A stretch of 63,489 nt of DNA, counting the filler, from Hyphochytrium catenoides (taxonomy: Eukaryota; Protista; Hyphochytriomycota): NCBI GenBank assembly GCA_900088475.1. It is 12 parts of 12 records of this genome, joined end to end, with 100 filler letters (N's around TTAATTAATTAA, not from the genome) between each part and the next. Parts side by side here need not be neighbours in the genome. Positions count along the whole stretch, not along the records: positions 1 to 7,687 come from FLMG01004596.1; positions 7,788 to 13,001 come from FLMG01000789.1; 10 more parts are not named here. One strand, 5' to 3'. The position numbers and the translations under genes are program-made. Positions 1-12,781 of this stretch are shown in pieces (the first letter of the stretch is position 1; each line of letters opens with the position of its first letter). The notes beneath the pieces were generated by a model. It did not search any database. It worked only from the letters and a program-made list of their open reading frames with translations, and had not been told where the DNA came from.

Positions 1-560
1 AGAGAGAGAGAGAGAGAGAGAAGCTTTTTAGTACTTCTCCAAAGCTACTCTTTTCTATCTTCTCATAATGTCACCAAACGCTGTCCTTAGTCAAAGCCCG
101 CCCTAAGTCCCTGCGCAGAGCAGTGGGCTTCTTCAAGATCTAGATCTGTTCTCTAGAAGAGGATTGCTGGCAATGACGATGGCCCATATGGTCGTATCTT
201 CTCTCTTTGCCTTCATCATCGCGTGATAGACGTTTGTTCGACACCCTGTAACATTACTACTTCCTGTTCTGACGGCAGGCGCGGGGCGCGCGGATTTCTC
301 TGGAGTCGTTCCTCGTGGCAGAGAATGGCAAGAGGAAAGACTGAAGAAGAGCAAGGGAAGAGGTCAGAGAGTGAGAGTGTAGGAAAAGACAGACAGCGAG
401 ACAGAGAGTAAAAGAGAGAGAGAGAGAGAGAGAGAGATGTCCGTAGTTCGGAGCATATAGAAGAGAGAAGGCGCTGTGATCTAGAAATAGAACAGGTTGA
501 CTATCTCTATATATATTACGTCAGAGACCATTGCTGGTCTCTTCTCCTTCCTCCCTTAAC

Positions 561-3500
561 CTAAGCGATGTAGCCCTCGAGCACGTCAGCGCTATAACCC
601 TTGCTGCTGCTGTCTCTCTCTGTCTTTCTCTCTCTCTTTATCGTGGTCTTTCTTCGCCATGGTGGCTCCTTTATAGTATCCCTCTTCTCTCTTCCCTCAG
701 GAGACGAAGACGGTTGACCAGTGAGGATCACGCCATTGAAAAAGACAGTGGTTCCTGTCGGCAGCGTCCCTAGAGAGACGCCTTCTTCAGGCGGCACGTC
801 CGTCATCTTCACCTCCAACTGTCCAGGGCGATAGAGGATGATAGCGAAGAGAGAGAACGAGCCGCCCGACACTGGGCGGACCGTTCTCTTGACAGAGAAT
901 CTCCCTGCTCCTGGAGAGACGGCGACAGCTTCTATGATGTGATTCAGCACCCAGAAGACATTGAGCATCACTTTGTTCTCTTTCTCTTCTTCTCCTGTTG
1001 GCGCTGGCCTGATCATCGCCACAGGGAGGACCAGGTCCACAGGACGGCCCAGTTTGTCTAGCACAGCTCCAGCACCTAGGGCATCCTTAGTCTTGACGGA
1101 GATGTAGGAACCGCCACTGAGGACGGACTGTCTCAGGAGAGAGAAAGCGACAATGACAGCCCAACAGATGGAGAACAGGCCGATCTCTACCTTGGACCTC
1201 AGCCAAAGAGGAAGCAAATCCTCTGCTATGATGCACACTCCTGAAGCCGTGAGAATGAGCATTAGTGGGCTCACCGTTGCGCTGCTCCAACGCCTAAGTC
1301 TGGCGCTGAAGGCCCCGCCTCGCATGTCAGGGGTAGCGGTCATCACACTGCCCACAGAGAGAGCAGCAATGAGCCAGATCAGCCATTGACTAGACGTGGT
1401 CTCTGCCATTGCTCCGCGGGTTATCAGGATGTACTGCTCTGCCACAATGACACCAGAGTCTAGACGCGCGATAGGGCGAATCATCCTCGCCAGAGTGACC
1501 ATAGAAGGCAGACAGAGCGCAATCTTCTCAATCACCGAGCACCGCGCCACCTGCCTCTCTGTGTAGTCCACGAACTCGATGAGCGGCCCGTTGTAGAAGA
1601 GAAGGATCTTCTTGGCTGTAGGGCGGTCAAAGGTACTGAGCACTCGAGAGACGATCCTCACTCTGCTGACGATCTGCTTGACCAGCCTCACAGTGTAGAT
1701 GACATTGATGAGAATGCCGATGTAGATGATGCCATTCTCATAGCTGCGGAGCCCGTTAGAGGTTGTCTCCACAGTCTCAAGGACAGAAGAACTAAGAGCA
1801 ATGAGGCTTTCTCCCTCCGTGGAGTCAAAGATGTTCAACCTCTTACTGCTGTCGCTGCCACGCATAATGTTCCCGCACTCTATGGGATCTAGAAAGGTGA
1901 TGCGATGGATATTGAAAGAGCAGCCTTCTCCCAGTCGTGGCTCTCTCTCTCCCAAAGATGTCTCTTGGTCTTCCTCTCCCTGGTTAGCAGAGCCGTAGTA
2001 GATGCCAAACTCCGTGGAAGAAGAGACAAAGCATGCCTCTCGATAGCCCATCCGGTTCTCTAAGATTGCGCTACTGCTGACTAGGCTTACTTCTATCTCA
2101 GATTCATCCTGAAGTCCTCCTCCTCCTCTGCCTCTCATGGTGATCCAATGAGGATAGTGCGGGCATCTCCTGCCATAGAACTCCATAGCGTAGATGCTAT
2201 TCTTCTCCGTTGATAGATCTCTGGCTGAGGCGTTGAGGCGTTGCGCTACTTCGCGGTCTATCATTCGGTAGCTGAGCCCAGAAGAGTCAAAGATGATCAA
2301 CGACTGGTCAGACGGGAGAAAGAAAGGGTCAGTGGCTTGACAAGGGCTGCCAATGCACGAGGCAAGAAGCGGAGACGTCTTATCAAACTGCTGTCGAGAG
2401 GACTCGAGGTACGTCTCAAAGTTAGGTTCAATGTACAGGGACGACGTCGTCTGAGGTGGAAGAGGAGGAAGAGAAGGGTCACTAGAGACGTTCTCTGCTG
2501 CTTCTCTCTTCTTGAGAAGAGACAGAGTGACCGCAGGTCCATTGAGAGTCAGGGGAAGGGTGGCTCCTCCAGCTGTAGAAGGGAAGATTGACTCCAAGAC
2601 GCGGCTGGTCAGGTTAGACAGCACTTCTCCTTCCAACGGAATGCCTCGCGAAAAAAAGCTATACCTCTGACTCGTAGGAGAAGCTCCGAAGGAGGAAGAC
2701 AAGGCCATTGGCAGGCTTGTTCCTGAGAGAGAGAGCTGTCTTCTAATGTGCTCTATCATCTTTCTCTCTCTGAAAACAATTGTCACGTTCGCCCTTTCCC
2801 CGCTAACAGTTAGCGATCCGTCTATCGCCATCCTTGTGATCCACTTCGTACGGCGGTACGTGTCCTGCCATCGTCTCTGAAGACAGCTCCTGATGGAGGC
2901 AAGCATGGGCTCAGACAGCTTAACCTTATCCTGGTCCAGCAGGTAAGCAGTGCCATTCACGTATCCGCACCACGCCACGTTGGCAATGTACCCTGCGTTT
3001 TGCCCATCAAAGATGCCCTGAACAATGTCTGCCGCCTTAGTAGTGGTTAGCCCTGACTGGAGGACTGTCCTAGAGACTGCCACTTCCCTTAGAGAGCCGA
3101 CTCCAGCCGCGGAGTGTTGCTCTACCTTCAATCTGAGGGCTGAGCTAATCGCTGTGATATACTCTACGTCACTGATAATCCCTGTCTTTAAGGCTGGGCA
3201 TCGGAGGTACAGCGCCATCTCAAGCGGGATCCGCTGCAGCGTGTCAGGCACCTCGTACTTCAGCTCCATCAGGTCATTGAGGATCTCTGTACACCCGTGC
3301 ATCTCCAGGAAACCCTTAGCATTGAGCATGGTGATCCCCGCGATATAGTTCCGCTCCACGCCCAGTGACATCTTTGTCTTCTCACAGCGATAATCCCCAC
3401 AAAGCCAGTCATCCGTCTGCTCCGCTGACCATATGTCACTGACCAAGGTGCTGACAGCGCCGTTGCTCTTGATGAAGGAGCTGCTAGCGCCGTTGCTATA

Positions 3501-4274
3501 GCAGATCTCTCCAGGGCAGAAGCTGCTGCTGATCAGTCCGAACAGGAACTCTCCGTTCACGAACATGTTCGCTGAGCCTTGAGAGACAGCGTCTGCGATG
3601 TCCTCAGGGTCTCCATGCGCCGCAACTTGCTGGACCAACCGGACCACTTGCTCTACTTCCGTGTCAACATTAGCAGCCACGGTCTCAAAGAGAAAAGGAA
3701 GATTGGCTTGCAGACAGGAGCCGGTCTTAGTGCATGAGTCACCAAGAAGATCTTCTAATATCTCCGCATAGATAGTGATCAAGCCGCCTAGAGGTAAAAC
3801 TATGGGAAGGAAGTCAACGTCGTCCTCCTCTTCTTTGATCCCTGTGGCATTGACTGCATCGCGTGACGGGTGGCCAAAGATGGGCTTATCATAGGCGATC
3901 AAACACTTGGTAGACAGGTCTATTGGTAGCTTTAGATCGCGACAGGGCGGGACCTGCCTCTGCACCTGCTTCCCACAGCCTCGATTGTACGCGCGCACCT
4001 CATGCTTGTTAAGATAAGCCTCTTCGGGAGAGCACGCCAGCACTTTGCTCGATCTCTGCTGTTGTTGGTCCTCTGTAGAGCTGCTAAGGTTGTTCCTTGA
4101 CTCCTGTTGGTGGCCAGGGTAATGAGACACGTGGTAGCTGCGTATAACGGAGCCATCGCCTGTGTAGAGCAAGAGCGTCTTTATTGGAGACAGAACGACG
4201 GAGAGCGTAAAGACTGCTGAGACTAGAAGCCTAACCAGCCGCTTGGACCTGGTGACGAGGCTCTCCCAAGCCAT
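561..4274 (-). CDS. Uncharacterised 1237-aa multi-pass membrane protein, intronless
   Basis: 3.7-kb uninterrupted ORF with an ATG start. It has an N-terminal hydrophobic segment (LVRLLVSAVFTLSVVLSPI), a ~800-aa Cys-containing middle with N-x-S/T sites, and several C-terminal hydrophobic helices (IIYIGILINVIYTV; WLIWLIAALSV; LMLILTASGVCIIA; IGLFSICWAVIVAFSLL). No family recognised. Confidence 0.85.
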   Translation of the reverse strand: MAWESLVTRSKRLVRLLVSAVFTLSVVLSPIKTLLLYTGDGSVIRSYHVSHYPGHQQESRNNLSSSTEDQQQQRSSKVLACSPEEAYLNKHEVRAYNRGCGKQVQRQVPPCRDLKLPIDLSTKCLIAYDKPIFGHPSRDAVNATGIKEEEDDVDFLPIVLPLGGLITIYAEILEDLLGDSCTKTGSCLQANLPFLFETVAANVDTEVEQVVRLVQQVAAHGDPEDIADAVSQGSANMFVNGEFLFGLISSSFCPGEICYSNGASSSFIKSNGAVSTLVSDIWSAEQTDDWLCGDYRCEKTKMSLGVERNYIAGITMLNAKGFLEMHGCTEILNDLMELKYEVPDTLQRIPLEMALYLRCPALKTGIISDVEYITAISSALRLKVEQHSAAGVGSLREVAVSRTVLQSGLTTTKAADIVQGIFDGQNAGYIANVAWCGYVNGTAYLLDQDKVKLSEPMLASIRSCLQRRWQDTYRRTKWITRMAIDGSLTVSGERANVTIVFRERKMIEHIRRQLSLSGTSLPMALSSSFGASPTSQRYSFFSRGIPLEGEVLSNLTSRVLESIFPSTAGGATLPLTLNGPAVTLSLLKKREAAENVSSDPSLPPLPPQTTSSLYIEPNFETYLESSRQQFDKTSPLLASCIGSPCQATDPFFLPSDQSLIIFDSSGLSYRMIDREVAQRLNASARDLSTEKNSIYAMEFYGRRCPHYPHWITMRGRGGGGLQDESEIEVSLVSSSAILENRMGYREACFVSSSTEFGIYYGSANQGEEDQETSLGEREPRLGEGCSFNIHRITFLDPIECGNIMRGSDSSKRLNIFDSTEGESLIALSSSVLETVETTSNGLRSYENGIIYIGILINVIYTVRLVKQIVSRVRIVSRVLSTFDRPTAKKILLFYNGPLIEFVDYTERQVARCSVIEKIALCLPSMVTLARMIRPIARLDSGVIVAEQYILITRGAMAETTSSQWLIWLIAALSVGSVMTATPDMRGGAFSARLRRWSSATVSPLMLILTASGVCIIAEDLLPLWLRSKVEIGLFSICWAVIVAFSLLRQSVLSGGSYISVKTKDALGAGAVLDKLGRPVDLVLPVAMIRPAPTGEEEKENKVMLNVFWVLNHIIEAVAVSPGAGRFSVKRTVRPVSGGSFSLFAIILYRPGQLEVKMTDVPPEEGVSLGTLPTGTTVFFNGVILTGQPSSSPEGREKRDTIKEPPWRRKTTIKRERKTERDSSSKGYSADVLEGYIA

Positions 4275-4869
4275 ATCGACCTGGTTACTATAGCGCTGAG
4301 CCGAGGACCATGGAGCGCCCAGAACACGTCAACGAAGGAGGAGAAAGCACCTTCTGGGCCGCTGATATCCCGTCTATGACGCGCTGGTACGCATCGTTTT
4401 GGGCTGAGAGAGGATGGTCGTGCTAGTTGAGAGAAGGAAGACACCAGATGCCTTGCCAATGGGCATTCACCTATAAGAAGAAGAAAGTGGGATACCCGGC
4501 TTCTTGGTCATAGACGTGAACGGGACTATCGCCCTGACGTGATTCTAATATCTCAATCAAACGCCTTGCCAGTCTCGTGAAGGACCAAGTGATCCTCTGA
4601 GGACAACCTCTTCTTGGCCGCTAAGGAAGAAGAGGCTCCTTCCACTGCGCATTATCCCGTCCTGGTGACTGTCTCATGTCCTTTTATAGTATGAGACAGA
4701 AACATGCAGACAACTGCATCTAAGCGCATGCTCGTCATTAATGGCTGCGGGCGCAGTAGCGTCGGTCCCATGACATTAACCGGGCTCTGCGGTGCCACAG
4801 TGTAGCTAGAGGACCACAAAGAAGGAAGTTTGTTGGAAAACGAAGAATCTCTCCAACACGGAAAGGAAG

Positions 4870-4916
<47 letters not shown>

Positions 4917-5184
4917 GGATAACCAGGACATATAGCAAAGGAGACCGTGCAGAGGCCAGGATCATGCTGAGGGAGCAACAGGAAAGGCGAAGAAGTGCAA
5001 AACTTTGAAAGATTAGAGGGTCCCATCAAGTTTGATAACCGACGGAAACCTTTCTTTGAAGCAATTGAAAGTTACATGAACACCTGTAGTTCTTATGCTT
5101 AAGCTTCGGCTTGCTGGGGTTTGGAGAGTTTAGGTAATGAATCTTTCCTTTATTTCAGGTGGCCCCGACATGGTCATAGAAAGT

Positions 5185-5187
<3 letters not shown>

Positions 5188-5251
<64 letters not shown>

Positions 5252-5258
5252 AAGAGAG

Positions 5259-5289
<31 letters not shown>

Positions 5290-5305
5290 AAGAGAGAGAG
5301 AGAAA
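5188..5305. repeat. (AG)n microsatellite, representative of dozens in contigs 1, 2, 7, 9, 10 and 12
   Basis: Long perfect and near-perfect GA dinucleotide run. Such runs generate the spurious SLSLSL and ERERER ORFs in the track. Confidence 0.95.
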
Positions 5306-6050
5306 GGTAGGAAGAGAAAAAAAGGGAGAGAAAAGAGGGAGACGAACTGAGCACAAGGAGAGACCATGAAGGGGACAACTGAGCGGGTGCTCTCTCAATC
5401 CAGCGAACGGAGAAAAAGAGGGAGAGAGAGAGATGTGTGAGAACGGGAGAGACGGACGTTATTCCACGTTTCTCTCTCTCTCTCTCTCTCTTTCCTCTCT
5501 TTCCTGCCCTTGTCTTCTGGCCGGCTTTCTGATCCTGTCTCAGCTCCTGTCACGCTCCTGCCTGGAGTCTCTTAGGGCTCAGTTGAAGAAGAGGAAAGGA
5601 GAGAAAGGCTCCTCAACCGTCTCCTCCCCACGGCTCTCTCCATTCCTGCTGCTGCTAGTCTTCAGCTAATGTTACTCTCTTTCTAGTTATCGTCTACGCA
5701 CGGCACTGTGTGAGTCGCCGCTTACGTAGGGTCGGCCCCTCCTCCTGTTATCTCTTTTGATCTCTCTCCCTCTCGCTCTCCCTTCTGTCTGTCTCCCTGT
5801 TTCCTTGTCTCGTTCTTCTCCTCTTTTTGTTTGCGCTTGCATTTTCCCTTTCTTCCTCCTCTCTCTCCTGTCCTTTCTTGCTAGCTTGTTCTCTCATCAC
5901 TCTCTCCTTCTTCTATCTCTCTCTCTTCTCTTCTCTCTTTCTCCTGATCTTCTCATTGCCTCTCTCCAACTTTTCTGTCTCTTTCTCAGTGCTGCTCATC
6001 ATCTTCACTCTCAGACAAGGACACAAACGACACTAAGAAGAGAGAGGAAG

Positions 6051-7315
6051 ATGGCCTCTCTCCTTTTCGATTCTGCCACTGAAGACGACGGGATCTTGGG
6101 CAGTTCATTGCTGTTGGGAGAGGAAGAGAGACTGGCAACGGAGACCTACATCGATGGCAGGGACTCGTGGGCTCACGCCGTGGGGATCTCTCTCCTTGTT
6201 ATCAACTGCTTGCTCACGCCGGCGCTCTGTCTGCTCACATGGAAGAGAAGGGACGTCTTCCCTGTCAATGCAACGCCCGCCGTCCTAACGATAACCACGC
6301 AAGTAGGCGCTGGTCTCTACGTTCTCTCTCTTCTCCAGTCCATCATCTTCCCTAAGATCCCGTGCGGACTGCACATTGTCCTCTCCTTCGCGGACTATTT
6401 CCCTTTCTACACTGGGACTTTGCTGCAGTTAGTCTCCACCTGGGCCAGGCACGGCGGGCAGCGCAATATGATGACGAAAGGATCACAAGGCTGCCTTTCG
6501 TCTCATGTCCAGCGGCGCTTGACTAGCATCGGAGGAAGGAATCTGCTGGTGGCGCTTGGTCTTCTTCTCTCTCTCCTTCCTGTTGCCCGACTGGCCTCTA
6601 GAGGTCCGTACCTAGGACAGCCCATGCTGGACGTGAACTGTTTGAAGTTCTCCTCCTCGGCTGAGGTAAGGAGACGAGGACTCTCAATTCAGACATTATA
6701 AGCGCTTTATTGCTTGCTCACGCCCACTTCTCTTTCTTCTTTCTCCGTTTCTCTTCCTCTTTTTTCTCTCTCACTCTCTATCTTTCTTTCTCTTGGTCTA
6801 CTATACACCCGTGTTTCTATCCTCCTTAATCTGTCCTTTCTTCTTCTCCGCCAGATTCTAGCTACCGACCGAAGCTTCACTTTTTTTCCTGTTGGCTGGC
6901 CCACTGCGTCTTCGTCCTTTTCTCCCTCTCCTTCTATCCTCTCTTTATCTTTGATGGATCAGCCATTTGTCTGTTGCTTCTCTCTTCCTCTTGACCGGTG
7001 CTATTCGTTGTTCCTTTCGCTCCTTTTGGCCTGCCCTACGCGTCCCTTCTCTTCACTCCCTTCGGCCTCTTCCCTGCTCTTTTGCCCGCTCTTAGACCCT
7101 CTTCCTCAATCTTCTTTTTTAAATTTTTAGCATCTCTTCGTCACGAGCCATCTCTCTTTATTCTCCTGCTGATAAGGTATCATCACGGATGTCTTTCTAA
7201 CAGTATCTCCCTTGTTCTCTCTCACTCACTCACTCACTCCTCTCTCTTCTCCCTCGCGGCGTTCCCTCTCTTCTTTCTCTCGCTTGTGCTTTTTGTGTGG
7301 CTCTCTCTCTCTCTT

Positions 7316-7363
<48 letters not shown>

Positions 7364-7687
7364 NNNNNNNNNNNNNNNNNNNNNNTGAATGCTTATGCGC
7401 TGGGCCAGTTTGCTTTCATCGCTGCAGTCTTTGCATATATGTGGTACGCCATAGCCAACCCCATTAGGCTCTCCTATACTCTGGAAAAAGAGAAAGTAAT
7501 TGAGAAAGAAGTGGCAGCGGCAGCTGCTAAGAAGAGACAAGCGAAGAGCCAACAGAGGGAAGAAGGGCCGCAACTCTCCCTGGCGCTAAAACAAGGTGAC
7601 AATGATCAGCAGAAACACGCCGAGAATGGGTCAATCCGACAACCAGACAGTGCGAGAAGCAATGGCGGAGACGATCTGACCTTTGTG
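6051..7687 (+). CDS. Multi-TM receptor-like protein, partial; resembles the 7TM region of 7TM-RGS / GPCR-like proteins
   Basis: Exon from ATG 6051 to donor GAG|GTAAG at 6665/6666. It encodes TM helices with a basic WKRRDVFPV loop after TM1 and IPCGL before TM3. A further TM-containing exon (NAYALGQFAFIAAVFAYMWYAIANP) lies at 7386-7687 after an N gap. Truncated by the contig end; no RGS box is visible. Confidence 0.55.
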
Positions 7688-7787
7688 NNNNNNNNNNNNN
7701 NNNNNNNNNNNNNNNNNNNNNNNNNNNNNNNTTAATTAATTAANNNNNNNNNNNNNNNNNNNNNNNNNNNNNNNNNNNNNNNNNNNN
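7688..7787. other. Artificial contig linker N44-TTAATTAATTAA-N44 (first of 11)
   Basis: The identical 100-bp spacer with a six-frame stop cassette also occurs at 13002-13101, 32148-32247, 37509-37608, 40192-40291, 43649-43748, 48838-48937, 51983-52082, 57832-57931, 60088-60187 and 62250-62349. Confidence 0.99.
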
Positions 7788-8287
7788 AAATCTTCTCTCT
7801 CTTGCCAGGTGGAAGAGAGGAAAGGAGAGACTTTCTCTTTTCGCTCTTCTCTCTTTTCTCCCTCTTCCTCGGGGGCCTTTCCTCCTTCCTCGGGAACAGT
7901 CACAGGCTGGGGAAGAGATGATGCCTTTTCTTTGAAGGCCTCAGGCAGCGCTCCGGTGCCTCCAATGACAGCAGTTAACGGTTTTGAGCTTGGAAATTGG
8001 ATTTCTCGGAGAATCTGCAGATTTTTCCGGAGATCTGGACCCGCAATCCGGAGATTTGAACGGAGATTTATTGGATTTTTCTTGGTCAGAAGATTTGCGG
8101 CGTCTTCGACGGAAATCTCTATCAGTTGGTCCATGGCGGACTGGAACGTTGGAGGCTGGATGGGTGGCTCTGAAGAGAGAAACCAGGAGTAAGAGACGAG
8201 AGAAAAGAGTTGAGAAAGAGACGGTTAATCAAGAGAGAGAGAGAGAGACAAGGCAGAGATCAAGAGAAAGAGCGGAGAGGAAAAAAG

Positions 8288-8332
<45 letters not shown>

Positions 8333-8693
8333 GAAAGAGAAACAGAAAGAGGATAGGCGGGCGAGAAAAGAGAGTGAGTGGGAGAGACAGAGGGAACGAA
8401 GACGAGGAAAATGGGGAGGATGCAGAGAAAGAGACAGCGAGAAATGACTAACGGGAAAGGGTGACGGAGAGAGAGAGAGAGAGAGAAAGACAAGGAAGAA
8501 AAGGAAAGAGACAGTAGAAACGGGAAATAGAGAGGGAGAGACGGGAGAAAGAAATGGAAGAGAGAGAGACTTTATAGACGTTACCCGCGGCCTCAGCATT
8601 TGCCATCTCTGCCGCCTTTTCTGCCTTCTTCTTCGCTGCAGCTCCCTTGGCGCCTGACAACAGAGAGAGAGAGGTCAAATAGAGAGAGAGAGA

Positions 8694-8731
<38 letters not shown>

Positions 8732-10295
8732 TCAAAGGCAGAAAAAGAAACTTTATAAACCGCTTTAGAGAGAAGAGAACGTAAGACAGAGAGAGAGAGA
8801 GAAAGCGACGCAGAGAGAAAGAGAGAGAGAGAGCATCAGTCAATGATAAAGAGCGACATAAGGCGGACTAACCCTTTCCAGCTGGTTTCACGTCTTCCTC
8901 TCCCTTTCCTGCACTTTTCAGGAGAGAGAGAGAGAGAGACTCTTCCTGTTCTCCCCAGCTCTCGCTCCCCTTTACTATGCAAATCAGTGGCGTGGGAGGG
9001 GAAGGAGAGGGAGAGAGAGAAGGAGGAAGACTTTCTGAGGCGTGACTGCGTGCAGTCGTTTTCTCTCCTAGAGCTGTTCCTCCCGTTGATTCTTTCTCTT
9101 TCTCTTTCTCTCCATTTGCTCTTTCTCTCTCTCTCTCTGGCTTGATGCTGCTGCTCTCCTGAACCTTTGCCGCCAGAAATTCCATCAGCTTTGGCCTGGA
9201 AGATAAGTCTACAAAGAGAGAGAAAGAGAGGGAGAAAGAGAGACAGAGAGAGACAGAGAGACAGAGAGAGAGAGAAAGAGAGACAGAGAGAGAGAGACAG
9301 AGAGAGACAGAGAGAGAGGAAACGGGAAACAGACATTAGGAAACGGACGAGGCGGAGGTTTATATTAAAGAGAGAAGTCAAAGGGAGAAAGAGTAAGGGA
9401 GAGGGACTGCAGAGAGTGAGAACTGAGAAGAGAGAGAAACTTACAAGAGAGAGCCGGAGAAAGAGAGAAGGGAGAGAGAACCTAGTACTAGCAAATAGAG
9501 ACATAAACACAGATGAAGTGAGAGAGAGAAACAGAGACAGAGAGAGAGAAGGAAAGGAAAGAGAGAGAGAGAGAGAGAGCAAGAGAGAGACAGCTGGAAG
9601 GAGAAAGAGAGAGAGAAACGAGAGAGAGAGAGATAAAGCAAGAGGGAGAAAGAGAGGAGCTTTTGCGGAGATAGATTAGAGGAAAGTAGAAGAGACGACA
9701 GGGAGGCAGAGTGGAGAGATTGAGAGGAGTAAAGAGAGTTAAGAGGAAGATATATAAGTATAAACAGAGCTATATGAAAGAAGAGAAAAAGAGAGAGAGA
9801 GAGAGAGAGAAAGAGAGGCCACTACCTGGAGGAAGTGCCTGAAAGCGGTAGAGAAGCTCCAGAGAGGAAGAGATGACTGGAACTTCCTCTTCTCCTCTTC
9901 CTCTCTCCCTCAGAAGAGTCTGTACAGCTAGAATCAAACGAGAGAGAGAGGGAGAGAGAGAAAGAGGAGAAGGTTCCTTTCTCTCTTCTCCTTCCTTTTC
10001 AGGTTGTACAGGTGCTGCGGAAGGAGGAGAAGGAGGAACTGTCTTCTTCCCTGTTCCTCCCTTTCCTGCCTTGGCAATCGTAGGAGGGGAAGGAGAGGAG
10101 GTGGGAGGAGAAGAGGAAGAGAGAGAGAGAGACGCTGGGGAGAGAGTCTCTCCTGGAGGAGAGAGAGAAGGAGAGACAAACAGATTGTTCATCCTGAGAT
10201 CCAGGAAGAGATTCTTCACGCCACAATCCAGGAGCTCTCTCACAGCCTCCAAGATAAATGCCATTGAGACTGAGGACAAGATTGGGAGAGATGAA

Positions 10296-10327
<32 letters not shown>

Positions 10328-10628
10328 GAGACAAAGAGAGAGGAAAGGGAAAGAGGGAAGAAGCGGGATGAAAGTCAGATCAGAGGATCAAGAGAGAGAC
10401 AGAGAAAGAGACAATGGGGCAGGTAACGTAAGAGAAAGAGTGAGAGAGGAGGAGAGAGAGAGACACAAAGAGAGAGAGAGACAAATGAAAAACCAAGAGA
10501 GAGAAGAAGACAAACAGGGCCACAGGCTAGGGGAAGAATTGAGAGAAGGGCAATGAAGCAAAGAAGAGACTGGGACCCCGGGGAAAGAGATCTTACACTC
10601 TCGTTTTGCATGATAGGGAATATGATAG

Positions 10629-10662
<34 letters not shown>

Positions 10663-11002
10663 TGAAAAGGAATAGAGAGATGGAGCAGAGAAGAGAAACA
10701 AGAGACAGAAAGACAAAGAGGGGGCACAAGGAACAGAGAAGAAGAAGAAACGGGAGAATGGAGCGAGAAAGAAAACAAAGGGGGGAAAAGAGCGAGAAAC
10801 AGGAGAGAGAGGAACGCTTTTTACCTTCTTCATCTTTCTCTTTGAACTCCGTTTGTAAAAGCACGATCTTCCCGTCCAGCAGCTCTCGAGAGGGAGAGAG
10901 AAAAGAGAAAGAAGGAGCCAGACACTGACGCTGAAGCCTCTCCATACGATCCTAAGCCCCACAGAGAAGAGAGAGAGAGGCAGTAGGGGAAGAGAAAAAG
11001 TC

Positions 11003-11037
<35 letters not shown>

Positions 11038-12170
11038 GAGAAAGAGAGAGAGGGGGAGAGAGAGAGAGAGAGGAAGAGAGAGAGAGAGAGAGAGAAAAGT
11101 TATGTGAAGGAAGCTTAGAGTGACGCTCGAAAGAGGTCCATGACAGACAGAGCAAGAATGAAGGGCTATGAAGAGAGAGAGAGAGAGAGAGAGAGAGAAT
11201 AGGAAAGAGAACTCCGTGTAGACTAACCTTCTCTCTCTTGTGGAAAGAGATATCCAAAAACTGCTGCAACGAAACGCTAAGCTCGCGAGACAGAGTCTCG
11301 TGAAGAGATCTATGGTACTTGACACTCGGCGCTTAAAGGATGGAGAAGAGAGAGAGAGAAAAAAGAGAGAAAGAGAGAGAGAGAGAAGCAGGAGAAAGGA
11401 TATGAGTTAGAAGGACAAAAGAGAAAGAGAGACAAGAATGTGAGGAAAAGGGAGAGAACGGGTGAAAAGAGAGAGAGAGGAGTCTGAAAAAAGAGAGAAA
11501 GTCAGAAAGATGGTTTCTGGGACAGGGAGGAAGCAGAGGAAGACAAAGAAAGAGAGGGGGAAGTGCGAAGAGAGAGAGAGAAGAAGAGAGAGAGAGAAAG
11601 GCAGAGAGAGAGAGAGGAACAGAGAGAGAGAGGGAACGAGAAGGGAAGGGACCCTCACTTTGAGAGTCAGAAGGCGGCTCTTTCGTTCTGTCCACAGCTC
11701 CCACCAGTTCCTCAGCCACGGATGGGCGTGGAGTGAGAGGGAGAGAGAGGGGAAGAGAGAGACCGTGACGGGTTTCCTGGGACTGGAGGAGAGAGAACGT
11801 ACAGAGAGAGAGAGAGAGAGAGAGAGAGGTAGGTGAGACACAGCAGAAAAGAACAAGTTCGGGATGACTAAGGTCAATAATCTCTGTGTGCCTTCTCTCT
11901 CTCTCTTTCCTTTCTCTCTGTCTCTTTCTCTCTCTCTCTTCTTAAATATTTATCTACAAGTAGCGCTCTCTGTCTTGGTTCTCGTTTTCCATTTCCACAT
12001 CTCTCTGTCTTTTCTCTTTCTTCCTGTCTCTCCCTCCATCTTTCTTTTGAGCTAACCCTTTCTCGCATTCTCTCCTTTCTCCTGTTTCTTGCCCGCTCGC
12101 TCTCTTTCCCCCCCTCTCTCTCCCCTCTCTCTCTCTTTCTCTCTGTCTGTCTCTCTCTCTCTCTCTCTCC

Positions 12171-12203
<33 letters not shown>

Positions 12204-12747
12204 TCTCTCTCACCATAAGCGGTATCTCCGCTGCGAGATCAAGGAGAATTTCTCTTAGAACCTCCTCCAGACCTCCCTCTGGAGCTTCTTTCTCTGTGTA
12301 AGAAGCCGGAGGACGGAGGGCAGAGAGAGAGAGAAGAGAGAGAAAAGACTCTTCCCATTCTGAGAGGATCGTGATCACCTATGAGTTATAATAGGAGAGA
12401 AACAGAGAGAGAGGGAGAGAGAGAAAGAGAGAGAGGGAGAGTTAATTGTTGAGGGAGCATCAAGAGAGAGAGAGAGAGAGATCCAAGGGACACAGAGCAT
12501 TCAAGAAAGAGAGAGGGGCATTCTTTTAGATGAGTCTATATAGAGGAACACTATAGCGCCAGAGAAAAAGAGAGAGAGAGAGAGAGAACAGAAAGAGAGA
12601 GAGAAAGAGAGAGAGAGACTCGAGGTAAGGCCCTTTATCAATAGCTGATGCATGGAAAGAGAAGCTTACCATCTCCTGAGGAAGTGGTTCGAACTCATCT
12701 CCGCCTGGCGAGAGAAAAAGAGAGAGAGGGGTTGTGCGTGAGAGGAC

Positions 12748-12781
<34 letters not shown>

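Noticed and set aside
7732-7743. TTAATTAATTAA recurring 11 times, and ORFs ending in XXXLIN
   Set aside because: It is always centred in N44 flanks, so it is a synthetic six-frame-stop linker. Adjacency across linkers has no biological meaning.
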